Assembly (NCBI RefSeq): GCF_006345805.1 | Contig: NW_021832402.1 | Coordinates: forward strand, 1 to 61,251 | Direction: 5' to 3' | DNA from: Octopus sinensis | Lineage: Eukaryota | DNA: 61,251 nucleotides | In this document: positions 13,615 through 25,942 of the stretch, piece by piece | Position numbering within the stretch: position 1 is the first letter of the stretch | How the letters are laid out: every line of letters begins with the position of its first letter | Program-made: the position numbers and the translations under genes | Notes under the pieces: model-generated | What the model was told of the DNA's origin: nothing | Database searches by the model: none | Seen by the model: the letters and a program-made list of their open reading frames with translations, nothing else

Positions 13615-15103
13615 CAGTGGGGGGAAATAAATATTCGTACATGTCAAAATTATTTATTTATTTAATTTCTAATGAAAATAAATGGGATATACCAATACTA
13701 TATTTGCATACACATGCATGAACTAAGAATATGCAAAAGAAACTAATAAATTATAGTAACTAAGGAATTTATATTCAATTATAAATATTTAGGGATGAAA
13801 AAGTTTTCGTACAGAACATAAATAACTGATAATTTTGATTTAATACTTTGTAGCATAACCATTATTCAGTTCCACTTCAACCAATTTCTTCTTGTAGTTC
13901 TTAATCACTCGCATGTTTCTTTAGGAATTTTTCTTCAAATCTGCAATGGACGTTGGGGCTCTTGAATGAATTTTAATTTTCAAATAATGCCACAAATTTT
14001 CAATGGGGTTCGAGTGAGGTGACTATCTTGGCTATTCTAATAATTTTATATTGTGATCGATAATCCACTTTTTGGTACTTCGCCGTGTGCTTAGGGTCAT
14101 TATCCTGTTGTAAAACCAACCCTTCACAAAACTGAAGCTTTTCTACAGAGTCCCATAAATTATTGTTCAAAATATTTTGGTACATCTCTGCATTCATTCT
14201 ACCATGTATCACATGTAAATTGCCAGTACCATTTGCAGAGAAACACCCCCACACCATGATGTTGCTACCTCCAAACTTTACGGTAGGAAATGTGTTTTTC
14301 GGTGAATAGGCAGTACCATCTTTCCTCCAAACAAGGCTACGCGAATTTCGTCCAAACAATTCAATTTTCAACTCATCTGTCCATAGAACATTTTCCCAGA
14401 ATGTATCAGATTTATCTTTATATTCATAAACAAATTTTAAACAGGCATCTCTATGCCTTTTGGTCAACAGCGGAGTTTTTCTAGGAGAGCGTGACTTCAG
14501 TTCATTCTTATGAAGTTCAATGCTGATTGTTCGTAGTGTAACAAATCTTCTTGCAACTCCTTTCTGGTGATCATTGCATTTTTTTCATTTCTTCACTTCA
14601 TTTTTCTTAAAGATCTAGGGGAAATCTTGTGTGGTGCACCGGATCTTATTCTGTTTTCAACAGTTCCCAATTTTTTATATCTTTGAATAAATGAAGATAT
14701 GGTAGAAAATGGAATACAAAGGGCCTCTGATATTTTCCTGTAACTTTTACCTGCTTTCCACTGCTCAATAATTAAGTCTTTCACTGAATTTGTGAGTTCT
14801 TTACTTTTCGCCATTATTACGATACTACTTTATGTTGTCTCAGTGCTGAATGAAGAAGCTAGCGTTTTGACACTTAAAAATGAAAACTGATAAGATTATT
14901 GGAACAAACGAGAAAGTTCTAGTAAAAAAAAATAATTTTAACAGTATTTTGTGGCATAGAAAATCATAAATTTATTCTGTAGGAATACTTTTTAGTTTAT
15001 GCATGTGTATGCAAATATAGTATTGATATATCTTATTTATTTTCATTAGAAATTAAATAAATAAATAATTTTGACATGTACGAATATTTATTTCCCCTCA
15101 CTG
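13615..15103 (-). mobile_element. Tc1-family DNA transposon with disrupted transposase
   Basis: TA on both sides (13613-14, 15104-05); ~112-bp TIRs starting CAGTG; HTH ORF 14593-14814 (RSGAPHK); catalytic region [24 protein letters not shown] (14000-14467), followed by a frameshifted NPIENLW. Confidence 0.95.
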
Positions 15104-15137
15104 TATGTATATATATGTATATGTATGTATGTATATA

Positions 15138-15172
<35 letters not shown>

Positions 15173-15237
15173 CTATATATATATGTATATAGATATGTAT
15201 ATATGTATATATATATATATATATATATGTATAGATG

Positions 15238-15293
<56 letters not shown>

Positions 15294-15490
15294 ATATGGA
15301 AAAAATTTTTTCCTTTGCCCTCATTTATGAATTGTTTATAAATTTAGCCGTTAAAGATATTTTTTAATATGCTGGCCATTGATAAAATTCTTTTCGAAAA
15401 AAATTTTATCCTACATTAGTTATATATATATATATGTATAGATGGATGTATATATGTATGTATATATGTATATATATATGTATGTATGTA

Positions 15491-15524
<34 letters not shown>

Positions 15525-15536
15525 TGTATAGATGTA

Positions 15537-15572
<36 letters not shown>

Positions 15573-15648
15573 TATATATGTATATATGTATGTATATATA
15601 TGTATATATGTATGTATATATGTATGTATATATGTATGTATATATATG

Positions 15649-15679
<31 letters not shown>

Positions 15680-15801
15680 ATATGTATGTATGTATATATG
15701 TATGTATATATATATATGTACATATGTATGTATGTATATATGTGTATATATGTATGTATATACATATATATATATATGTATATATGTGTGTATTTATATG
15801 T

Positions 15802-16150
15802 ATCATCATCGTCATTGTTTAATGTCTGTTTTCCATGTTGTTATGCGTTGGACGGTTGAACTGGGATCTGGGAAGCCAGGAGACTGCACAGGCTCCATTC
15901 TGATCTGGCAGTGTTTCTACAGCTGGATGCCCTTCCTAACGCCAACCACTCCAAGAGTGTAGTGAGGATCCAGAAGAAGCTGGCATTAACCACGATCGGG
16001 CAGTGCTTTTTACATACCACCTGCACAGAAGCCAGTCAAGGCGGCGCTGGCATCGGCCACATTCAGGTGGTGCTTTTTACGTACCACCGGTATGGGGATC
16101 ACAACTACAACTTCCATTTGAATGCGATTTGATTTGATTTGATTTTGATG
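15802..16150 (-). mobile_element. 5'-truncated RTE LINE 3' UTR with (GAT)n tail
   Basis: Matches the 3' UTR of the 32682-36028 element, including the GGAAGGGCATCCAGCTGTAGAAAC core and (GATTT)n. Confidence 0.88.
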
Positions 16151-16244
16151 TATAGCAATATATATATGTGGGTTTGTGTGTGTGTGTGTGTGTGCGTGTG
16201 TGTGTGTGTGTGTGCGTGCATGTATGTATATATATATTTTTTGT

Positions 16245-16588
16245 TTTATTCTTTTATTTGTTTCAGTCATATGACTGGCCATGCTGGAGCACCACCCGAA
16301 AGGGTTTTTTAGTCAAAGAACTCAACTCTAGGACTTATTCTTTTAACATTAGTACCTCTTCTATAGGTCTCTTTTGTTGAACTACTAAATTCTGGAGATG
16401 TCAACACACCAACATTAGTAGGGAGAGAAAGCATAGACACAAAGACACACACATACATACATACATACAACAAGCTTCTTTCATTTTCTGTCTTCCAAAT
16501 CCACTCCCAAGGTGCCATGCAGTGGGACTGAACCCAGAACAATGTGGTTACGAAACAAGCTTCTTACCATACAGCCATGCCTTTGCCT
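16245..16588 (-). mobile_element. tRNA-derived SINE, diverged, internally deleted
   Basis: Same head and tail motifs as 13033-13448; lacks the segment between CCACTC and CCAAGG. Confidence 0.85.
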
Positions 16589-16984
16589 GTGTATATATAT
16601 TTACATATATGTATATATTATTATATTTCAAGATTTTCATGGGGGGGGGGGGTAAATAAACACACACTATATATTCGTTTTTTATTGTTATCGTTTCACT
16701 TATATCTGTTGCCTGTAACTCTTTCGTCCCACAATTGTGACATCTTCAGCAACTTCTTCATCCTCTTATATACTTTTGTTCTGCCTAGTCCATTCCGTCC
16801 TTCTATGCATGCATTTGTGTCTCTGTCAGTGTGTATGTGCACACATGTGCACACACACATATGTGTGTGTATACATGTCCTGTTTTGCATGTGTACTTAT
16901 GTTTATGTATATGGGCTTGCTATATTGTATACTATTTGTATCCATGCTTTTTATATGGTTGTTACTGTTATTGTCATTGTTCTT

Positions 16985-17872
16985 AGTGGTCATCATCATT
17001 GTTTGACTGTGGTCGAGACAATGGAATTTACCATGCTACGCCAGACTTCACGGTCCATCATAGCATTACGGAAGTCCTGTTGCTGAATGCCTGTATCCCT
17101 GGAGATTACATCAGGGTAGGAGAGTGTGCGCCCTCTGGTATTGCGAGTAGATGGCTTCCAGAGGAGAAGTGTAGAAATTGCCTCGTTTTCAGCTCTACAA
17201 CAATATCCAGCAAACTGGACTCTCCTACCTTTCACAAGAAATGACACAGGTGGTAGTTTCCTATATATCTGCATTTTGGTTGGATGACGCTTCCACGAGA
17301 GATTTTGAGCTCTCATAAGGAGGCGAGTGTAGGTTCCATCCAACTGCCTCTCGAGCTTCTTTGATAACGTTCAGGTTTCTGAGCCATATAGTAGAATTGG
17401 TTCGACTGTGGCTTTGAAGATTTCAAGTTTGAAGTCTCTACTTAGATTTGATGACCAGATCTTATGCATGTCATTACAGGCTGACCAGGCCATACCCTTT
17501 CTAGTTAGAAGATCTTTTCTAGATGATAATATGTATGACCCAAGATATTTGTAATCAGAAACCATATTTAAGGGCGCATTGTTGTGAGTATGGATGATGC
17601 AATCACTGTTGGACAGGCACTTGTTTATATATTCAGTCTTGGCCTCATTGAGGTAAAGACCTACACAATTTGAGGCTTGTTCAAGAGATTGTAAAAGAGA
17701 CTGGGCATTGGAGAGAGAATCACTGATAAGAGCGATGTCATCAGCAAAGTCAGTGTCTGTCAAGTATTCAGCTGGGTGTCTGGAACTTCTTCTAGGTTTT
17801 ATTTCAAAGCCCTTGCCAGAAATGGTATCAACTGACATATGTAGCACATAGTCAACGACAATGATGCAGTAT
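16985..17872 (-). mobile_element. RTE-group LINE 3' fragment (second family)
   Basis: IIVVDYVL..KPRRSSRHP..DTDFADDIALI..LYLNEAKTE..YKYLGS..PILLYGSET..DGTYTRLL..FAGYC..MMDREVWR, then a (GAT)n tail. Confidence 0.88.
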
Positions 17873-18379
17873 TCCGGCTTTGATTGAGAAAGTGGTACCA
17901 ATACTCGGTATGTTGACCCTCCCCTCACGTTTTCTCTTCTGTTGCTGTTGCTGCTGTTCTTGACCCTTATTTTGTTATTTTTCTTGTATCTTTGTGTGTT
18001 TATGCGTCTGTTTATGTTATGCCATCATAGTTGTTGTTGTTGCTCATGTTGTTGTTGCAACCATTTGTGATGTTACTGTAAGTGGGTTTGTGTGTATGTA
18101 TATGGGTTTGCTTACTCTATTGTTTGCATCCATGCCCTTTATTTTTTATTTTTTATTTACTTATTTATCTCTATTTCATCATAAGTTTGTGCATGTTTGT
18201 CTTTTGTGTGTATTACACTGTTTGTATCTCTGTGTTTTTTTCCTCCCTTCTGTCTTAGTTGTCATGTTGTGTGGTGGGAGTGAGTGTTCTTGTTCCATTC
18301 ATGTTTTTTGTTGAGACTCCATCTGTCTATTACTATGTGTGTGCCCTCCATAATCTGTCTAAGTGTCATGTTTGTTCTA

Positions 18380-18990
18380 TGAATTGATTATACCTTAACC
18401 TCTATGTTATTAACTGAGCTTCTATGTTCTACTTGAGCATGTTGGTAGAGCACTGACGAGCTTTTCTCCTCTTTGTGCTCCTCCTTGCTGCATACCATCT
18501 CCCCAATGTTGTCTTGTTTCTGCACTGTACTTTAGTACACTGTGAGCTGTAAACTACATTCCTAATCTTACAGTTAACCTGTGAGTTCATCCTACATATT
18601 ATACAATTGTTCTCCATACATGGAGACCTATTGAAAAGATAAATTCTACAGGCCAGGGATTTTATGGCCTTTCTGCTACTTTAATCCATAGATTTACCTT
18701 ATCTAATGCTTTTCTAAAAAAAAGTATGCCATTTCGCCACCAGGGCTAGCATTGATGAACATGACACTCTGGTATTTTTTGTTGTCATACCATGAGTTGG
18801 CCTTATCTATTTTTTCTGGCCCTTTCTGTACTGTTCCAAGATTTACTAGTGTAGCAAGCAGATCCAATTTGGATCACTTTCTATGATGGCCTTGTAATTA
18901 TCCCTGGCTTCTTTGTACACTCTAATTCTGTCCTTTTGGTTGTAGCCAGATAATTGCATGTGGTGGATGAAGTGTTTTATGTGTTTTTCC
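18380..18990 (-). mobile_element. Neptune-like PLE fragment (RT thumb + start of GIY-YIG)
   Basis: On -: ELEKHIKHFIHHMQLSGYNQKDRIRVYK, homologous to 7181-7567, then CIICR..CKIRNVVYSSQC. Confidence 0.75.
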
Positions 18991-19033
18991 AATTCCATTG
19001 GGTCACAAAAAAAAAACAACCCACAAAGATATT

Positions 19034-19524
19034 AAGGTTAGTCATTCTAAATTAGTGGTCTCAGAGGTGGCATCATGCATAGAGCCAACCACATCCACCA
19101 GTGCTCTCCATTGCTGGTGGTCCCATGCCAGCCCTTCTGCATCCTCCAAGGTGGTGTCGAACCTCTGGAGATCTTCTCCATCTGTCCCAATCAGTTGCAG
19201 TCTAACCATCACTGCAAACACAGCTGCAATCAACGACACTTGCAGACTTGATCCTGTCACTCCTGATGAAATCAGTGCCGCCCTGAAAAAGTTTGACAAC
19301 CACAAAGCTCCGGAATTTGCACTATCACTGTGGAAATGTAGAAATGGGTGAAGAAAACCTGGTCCAGCAGCTCGCATCATCAGCCATGTATGGATGTTAG
19401 AGTGGCTCCCAAGTGATCAGACCTAGGGCTTCATCCTCCCTTTCTGGAAACAAAAGGGCATCCAACTCATCTACAGCAACCACAGGGACATCACCTTCCT
19501 GTCCATCTTGGGGAAGCTCTTCAT
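19034..19524 (-). mobile_element. RTE fragment with 5' inversion
   Basis: C-terminal DLQRFDTTLEDAEGLAWDHQQWRALV on - (19042-19190) abuts RT N-terminal PVTPDEISAALKK..HKAP..ILPFWK.KG..NHRDITFLSILGKLF on + (19226-19524). Candidate TSD AAAGATA(T/C)T at 19025-33 and 19525-33. Confidence 0.72.
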
Positions 19525-19821
19525 AAAGATACTGAATCATAATAAATCAAATATGGATATATAATAGTTCATTAATGTACAAATGTACCAAAATGATTTT
19601 CATTGAAAATGGATGTGAAATCATGAAAAAGAAAAGAAATGATAAAATTATTAAGGTTAGTCTTGATTTTTCCCTCTGGTGCTACTTTTTGGTTTAAATT
19701 TGCTCTGATTTTATGTCCTTTTCTATATTTTCCTTCTATTTCTCATCTGGATCAACTTTCAATGTTTATTAAGTGGGCTACTCAAATTTTTCCTTTTTTT
19801 TTATGTTTTCAATTTTTAAAG

Positions 19822-19949
19822 ATATTCTACTTGGATCCCCGACCTTTACACTGGCCACGATACATAGAAAATTATTGTTTGGGTATCAAACAGTTTATAT
19901 TAAATGAAGACATGTCTGGCCTACCAGCAGCCAGAGCACACCTGAGGAA
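19822..19949 (+). CDS. FAR1: Fatty acyl-CoA reductase, penultimate coding exon (128 nt, phase 0 to 2)
   Basis: Acceptor TTTTTAAAG| and donor AA|GTGAGT. Encodes [42 protein letters not shown](K), recognisably matching the FAR C-terminal domain (human FAR1 [33 protein letters not shown], recalled from knowledge). Orthology within the FAR family was not tested. Confidence 0.95.
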
Positions 19950-21062
19950 GTGAGTTTCTTTTTAAATTTTACGTTATTCTTCAGTCAAGTTTTAGTTTTG
20001 TTCTTTGCTTTCAGTGAATTAAAAGAAAAAAAACAAAGAAATTATTTGATGTAATTTTTTTCCATATTTACATGAATGGAATAGTTTTTTTTTGTTTTTT
20101 TTTTGTTGAAGTAAAGATTTTTACTGTTGCAATTTTTGAAGGATGCAGTGTTCTGACAGATAACAACTGATGTGGATAGTTTATTTCATGTTGTAAGTAG
20201 TTTATTCCATGCTTCAAAAATTCTGAGCATGAAAAAATGTTTCCAAAAGTGCTGAACTGTTTCTTGATTTCATAATCTTCATGGACATCCAGAATTAGTT
20301 ATCCAGTGTACAAATTTGATGACATGTACACCTATGTGAAAAATTGTGTAACACAAAACATGAATATAAGAATATATATTTGAAATTCAGAAGGGGATCA
20401 GGGACCAAATTGCAGATGTATGATGTAAGATTTTTAATACCTAATAATAGGTATTAGATTATTACATTTAAAAAAATGGTAAAGAAATAAGTTGAATGCA
20501 ACTGCATATTCTTAATGACTGTACTGTGTTTTTGATGAGTACAATGATTCTATCATTAAAAATATATTTAGTCTTGCTACTCAAATGATACCATTTCTAG
20601 CAGGTCAAGTTACCAGTAGAGGTTGGAAGAATCAGTAGAGCATCAGACAATATGTCTTGCCATTTTTAACAGCCCTTTAATTTCTAGGTTCAAATACTAC
20701 CCTCCCACACCATCTGAAGTTAACTGAGGGTTAATGGTTTTACCCCCTGGTACAAAGAAGAGCATATCACTAATCTATCATAGGTAACATTTCCAGATAA
20801 TCTGTTGTGGAGGGTAGTGTTTACAGGTAACATTTCCAGATGATCTGTTAACTGTTCACAGATGAACTAGAACACGGCAGAACAAACTGTTCTGCCCAGA
20901 AACAATGAAATACTTGCAATAGATTTGAATTCATGATCTATAGGTAAGGAGTTTAATGTCATATTTGGATATCTGGTCCATTTTGTTCTTTGTCTCATGT
21001 ATTCACACACTCATATAGATAAAATTATATATATATATATTTCTTTATTCATTTATTTTCAG

Positions 21063-21225
21063 ATTGCGAAACATTCGTTACACATTCAACACAATGTTGA
21101 TAGTCGTCTTCTGGCGAGTTCTTATTGCCCGATCAGATTTGGCTCGCAATCTCTGGTACCTGATTATGGGGCTTGTGTCTAAATTTGTCAAGAACTTTTG
21201 GATAACTAGCACACTACGGCATTAA
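21063..21225 (+). CDS. FAR1: Fatty acyl-CoA reductase, terminal coding exon
   Basis: Acceptor TTTATTTTCAG|A completes the Lys codon in phase with the previous exon. Encodes LRNIRYTFNTMLIVVFWRVLIARSDLARNLWYLIMGLVSKFVKNFWITSTLRH*, matching the FAR1 hydrophobic tail (LRNIRYGFNT..IARSQMARNIWY..SSTMRY). TAA at 21223-21225. Confidence 0.95.
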
Positions 21226-21352
21226 TATTATTGAAGTAAAAAAACAAATAAGATTGAGATGAACAAAAAATGTAAAAAGCCTTGATACACACATGAATAC
21301 ACACACTCATACACACACACACACACTCAAGCATGCTCATGCGCACAAATTT

Positions 21353-21358
21353 AATAAA
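21353..21358 (+). promoter_or_regulatory. Candidate poly(A) signal for the FAR gene
   Basis: First AATAAA after the stop codon; other candidates lie further downstream. Confidence 0.3.
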
Positions 21359-21971
21359 AAATGCAGTATTTTTTTTTTATTTAAAGACTAAGCTTTACTT
21401 CTTCATTACTCTGTTTTCAACAATTCAGGCCATCCTTGTAACAGATTCTACAGGACCTGTTTGCAATATTCAACCTGTAATGCCACACAGATTGTTGCTT
21501 AAATTCTTTCTTCATCTCTCTCTCTACACATTCTGTCCATGACACAATGTAACTGTTTGCTCTGCTACTACTAACTTAATACAGCTACTACTATTATTAC
21601 TACTATTATTCTCTAAGACCGTTTACAATTAACAATTTTTTTAAACCTGAAAATTATTGTTACTAATTAAAATGTAAAGAAAAATGTTTGGTTTCTATAA
21701 GAATGAACAGAGACTTTACTCAGAAAATGATTATAGAATAAACATAAACAAAAAAAATAAAAGGTAAAATGGTTGTAACTTCAAATGTCTTTGTTCATTT
21801 TATAAGAGATGTTTGTTATTGTTTTATTAGTCAGCAATCACTAGAAATTCAAATATGTGTGTTTGTATGTTATATGTACACACACACACGTCTATACATG
21901 CATACGTGTTTTTGACACTAATAATTATATATATTAAAGGCAATAACCTGACAACATTTCATTTGTCTTTA

Positions 21972-22200
21972 CATTCATCATCATCATCATCATTTAATGT
22001 TCACTCTCCATGCTGGCATGAGTTAAATGGTTTGACTGGAGCTGATAAGCTGGAGATATGCACCACATTCCAGTCTGATTTAGCATGGTTTCTACGGCTA
22101 AATGCCCTTCCTAATATCCACCACTCCAGCAGTGTAATGGGTCTTTTTATGTGCCACCAGCACAGATGCCATTTACATGACACCATCAACGACCACGATG
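21972..22200 (-). mobile_element. RTE 3' UTR tail fragment
   Basis: (GAT)n tail and GGAAGGGCATTTAGCCGTAGAAAC core. Confidence 0.82.
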
Positions 22201-22265
22201 AGTTCAAATTCTGCCCAAGTCAGCTTGCCTTTCATCCTTTTGGGGTTGATAAAATAAGTACCACT
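22198..22265 (+). mobile_element. Fragment of second SINE family (Meta-like domain)
   Basis: GAGTTCAAATTC B-box, then GCCTTTCATCCTTTTGGGGTTGATAAAATAAGTACCA; same family as 47338-47520. Confidence 0.6.
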
Positions 22266-22917
22266 CTTGGAACCTTGGAAGGATCTGCACATAGCCATCT
22301 GTCATTTCTTCTTTTAGTTTTCTGGTCCTGGTCAAAGTTTTTCTCATCTGAGAATAACCAAATCATACCATCTTCTGATGGATTTTAAAGTTTGTTCAAA
22401 AGACTTTGGGATCTGATTAAACAGTTTTCTCTTGTTTTGTTTTTTTAATATAAATTGACCTCTCCTCATCACATAAGATTTGTATCTGATGTCTTTGTGC
22501 ACAACATTTCTGATTTTTTTTTTCTGACACATGAAATTTTTTTGAAATTGATCTCATTGATTTTCCTGGATAGTCTTCAATGTTTTGCTTAACTTCCTGA
22601 ATAAATTCAGGTGTCCTGTTAGAACCAGAGCATTTGGAATGTTTTTTTTACATTTTGATACAGGTAATACACTTCCATCTTCTTTCTCTAACTCACACCG
22701 AATCTTGTGGACAAAAGATCTTGCAACTTTCAGAAAACAAGAAATTTCTAAACCACCATGCTTAGCCTTCAAAGCCACAATCACAGCATACCTTTTCATT
22801 TCATTAGTAAGCATAGGGCCTGTCATTGTTATTTTCTGAAATAGAAGTTCAATAAAAATTATTCAAATAAAATAATGACTAAAAATGCATGTGTCCTCAG
22901 ATACCATCTGCAACCTG
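22258..22917 (-). mobile_element. Tc1/mariner-superfamily transposon, 5' half (maT/rosa-like)
   Basis: TA|CAGGTTGCAG end at 22917; MKRYAVIVALKA..LKVARSFVHK; IRNVVHKDIRYKSY; FSDEKNFDQDQK..RNDRWLC. The D-D-D spacing is not visible because it is truncated, so the subfamily is inferred. Confidence 0.8.
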
Positions 22918-22989
22918 TATATATATAAAGTTATGAATAACAAAAGAAATATAGTATGATAACATTTATTTAACCATCAAAAATTCTTA

Positions 22990-23694
22990 ATTAATGATAA
23001 TTAAAAAAAAACATTTACATGTGTGCATTAATATATACAATCTTCAAATTAATGTAGATATTAAGCTAGCTCTTTGGATTAAAAAATAATGTTAAAAAAT
23101 AATATCTTGACATAACATTTGAAGAACACAAAGTCAGTATTTGAAAAAGAACTTTCAATATGGAAGACAATAATAATAAGATTAATAGAAATTAATTACA
23201 CAGCTTTCTAAAGATGGGGAGGGAAATTTAGTAAGATATTAAAAAGTAACTAGTAGATCATTTTGGTATAAGAAAAGGAAAATTGTATATTTATCATTAC
23301 TAACCTAGAAAATAAAAGATTGCAAAGACAGAAAAAAATAATGACAAAGTGAAACCAAATAAAAGTTCTTAGAGACAATGTTTACAAAATATAGGGATTG
23401 ATATCAACAAGAGAAATATGAGCAATATTAAATTAAAAATTATAAGTTTAAAGAAAAGAATCTTAAAACATATGGAAGATGATAAAAATAATATTAATAG
23501 AATTTAATAAGGCAGTTTTCTAAGTCAAGAAGGTTGAATTTAGTAAGATATTAAAATGTAACGTGTAGATAATTTTGGTCTAAGAAAAGGAAAATCATAT
23601 ATTTATCTTTAATGACCTAGAAAATAAAAGATCATAAGTATGTATATGTACATGTATTGCTCAATATTTTTGTATATGCTTATATTGGTTTTAC

Positions 23695-23739
<45 letters not shown>

Positions 23740-24050
23740 TTAAATATGTCATATATATTACTTGCATGTGTGCATTAATATAAACAATCTTTGAATTAAT
23801 GTTGACATATTTTGGGTTAAAAAAATCCATGTTACAAAATAATCCCTTGACATAACATTTCAAGAATGCAAAGTCAACGTTTAAAGAAGAATCTTAAGAA
23901 ATATGGAAGTCAATAATGATATAATTAATAGACAGCTTTCTAAAGATATTAAAAAGTAACTAGTTGATAATTTTGGTATAAGAAAAGAAAAATAATATAT
24001 TTATCATTAATAACCTAGAAAATAAAGATAGTAAAAACAGGAAAAAAATG
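22990..24050. repeat. Three diverged tandem copies of an AT-rich ~300-370-bp unit
   Basis: TATGGAAG, TAAGATATTAAAA and TTATC.TTA.T.ACCTAGAAAATAAA recur at ~23160-23320, 23470-23630 and 23900-24030; related fragments lie at 38198-38870 and 41675-41697. Confidence 0.8.
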
Positions 24051-25116
24051 TTTTTTGCATCCATAAACTGCTAAACTTTATAAACAACTCATCAGACTCT
24101 AATGGTGGGGGGGGGGCATAGCATATAACCTCATTTTTGAAGTGAGATTCATAATTGGAGAACAAAAATCAAGCACAATATCAGTCAAAAGGAATGGCAT
24201 ATTATACATGAACTGAAAAACAATAACAACATAATAATTAAGGATGCAGATAAGGGAAGTGCTATAGTTATTATGGATATTGAACACTACAAAAGAGATA
24301 TACTATCTATATTACAAGACATGACCTACTATGAAAAGGTAAATAAATACCAAAAATCAAAGACAATGATTAAACTGAGCACACTCGTTCACAAACATCA
24401 GACAGGTTTAGCAAACAAAGAATGTTACTACCTAACCCATTTTGATTGCAAGACTAGCTTACATCTATGTTCTCCCAAAAATCCATTAGAATTCAACTAT
24501 TAAGAATGCATGTAAAGAACCAACTTCAGGTTGCATAAACATACAGTATCCAACGACCTTAAATTAATGCCAATTCTAGCAGGCCCAAACTGTGAAACAC
24601 ACAGATTCAGCAACTTTTTAAATATATTACTGAAGTCTATATTAAAATACATACCAAGTCTTATAAGGGACGATCTGCACCTGTTAAACCACCTCCCAAA
24701 ATCCATAAACAATGATATCATTATTGTATCTTTTGATGGAGTTAACCTCTATATCCCAATCCTATATCAATATGGACTAGAGGCACTAAATTTCTGGCTT
24801 GAGAAGTTGCTTGATGAAATTCCAGACAGAATTGAAAAAAGTTTCATCCCTGAAGGATTAGAGTTTTCCCTTGAAAACAACTTTTTTTAACTTCGGTGGT
24901 AATATTTACAAACAAATATCTGGGACTGCATTGGGGACAAAAATTGCTCCGGCTTATACCAGTTTAATCATGGCTTACATGGAGGTCCAGATATATGAAC
25001 ATCAAAATTAAAATATGGCTTGAACTTCCACAAATATCTATTAGAAAACTGGAAACATTACCCATATGACTGCTTAATCCTATGGATGCACACATTTGAA
25101 CAACTTATAGACTTCA

Positions 25117-25434
25117 CTTGTGCCAGTGGCATGTGAAAAAACATTTGAGCAAGTTTGTTGCCAGTGCCACTGGACTGGCTCCTGTGCAGGTGGCACGTAA
25201 AAAACACCATTTGAGCATGGCCATTGCCAGTACTGCCTGACTGGCCCTCATGCCTGTGGCATGTAAAAGCACCCACTACACTCTCAGAGTAGTTGGTGTC
25301 AGGAAGGGCATCCAGCTGTAGGAAATCTGCCAGATTAGATTGGAGCCTGGTGCAGCCATCTGGTTCGCCAGTCCTCGGTCAAATCGTCCAACCCATGCTA
25401 GCATGGAAAGTGGACGTTAAATGATGATAATGAT
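25117..25434 (+). mobile_element. RTE 3' UTR tail inserted in PLE
   Basis: Core GGAAGGGCATCCAGCTGTAGGAA, three diverged ~60-bp subrepeats and an (ATG)n tail. Confidence 0.88.
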
Positions 25435-25777
25435 TCACCATAGAATACAGTAAAACTCAATTATCATTCTTGGATATACTAATCATCAAAAGAGGTAAAA
25501 TCATTGAAACAGATATTCACTACAAACAAACAGATATATTCACTACAAACAAACAGATTCTAAACAATACTTCTAAACAATACTCATGCCTTCCCAAATA
25601 CATGAAGAATAATATTCCATTTAATCTAGCAAAAAGAATCTGCACAATTGTCTGAAACCCTGAAACTCACAATAAAAGACTCCAAGAACTAAAACAAATA
25701 CTACTTAAAAGATAATATCCATTAAAGTTAATAGACAACGGAATAGAATGTGCCAAAGCAATAAATATCTAAGAACT

Positions 25778-25942
25778 ATCATTGTTGTTTAATTGCTTTC
25801 TGTGCTGGCATGGGTTGGACAGTTTGACTAAGGACTGGCAAGCCAGGAGGCTGCTCCAATCTGATCTGGCAAGGTTTCTACAGCTGGATGCCCTTCCTAA
25901 TGTCAACCACTTCAAGAGTGTAGTGGGTGCTTTTTTCATGCC
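25778..25942 (-). mobile_element. RTE 3' UTR tail inserted in PLE
   Basis: Core motif and degenerate (GAT)n tail. Confidence 0.82.

Noticed and set aside
19639-19821. 5' part of the 104-aa ORF 19639-19953 as FAR coding sequence
   Set aside because: It is a pyrimidine-rich intron end; FAR similarity starts only after the AG at 19820-21.
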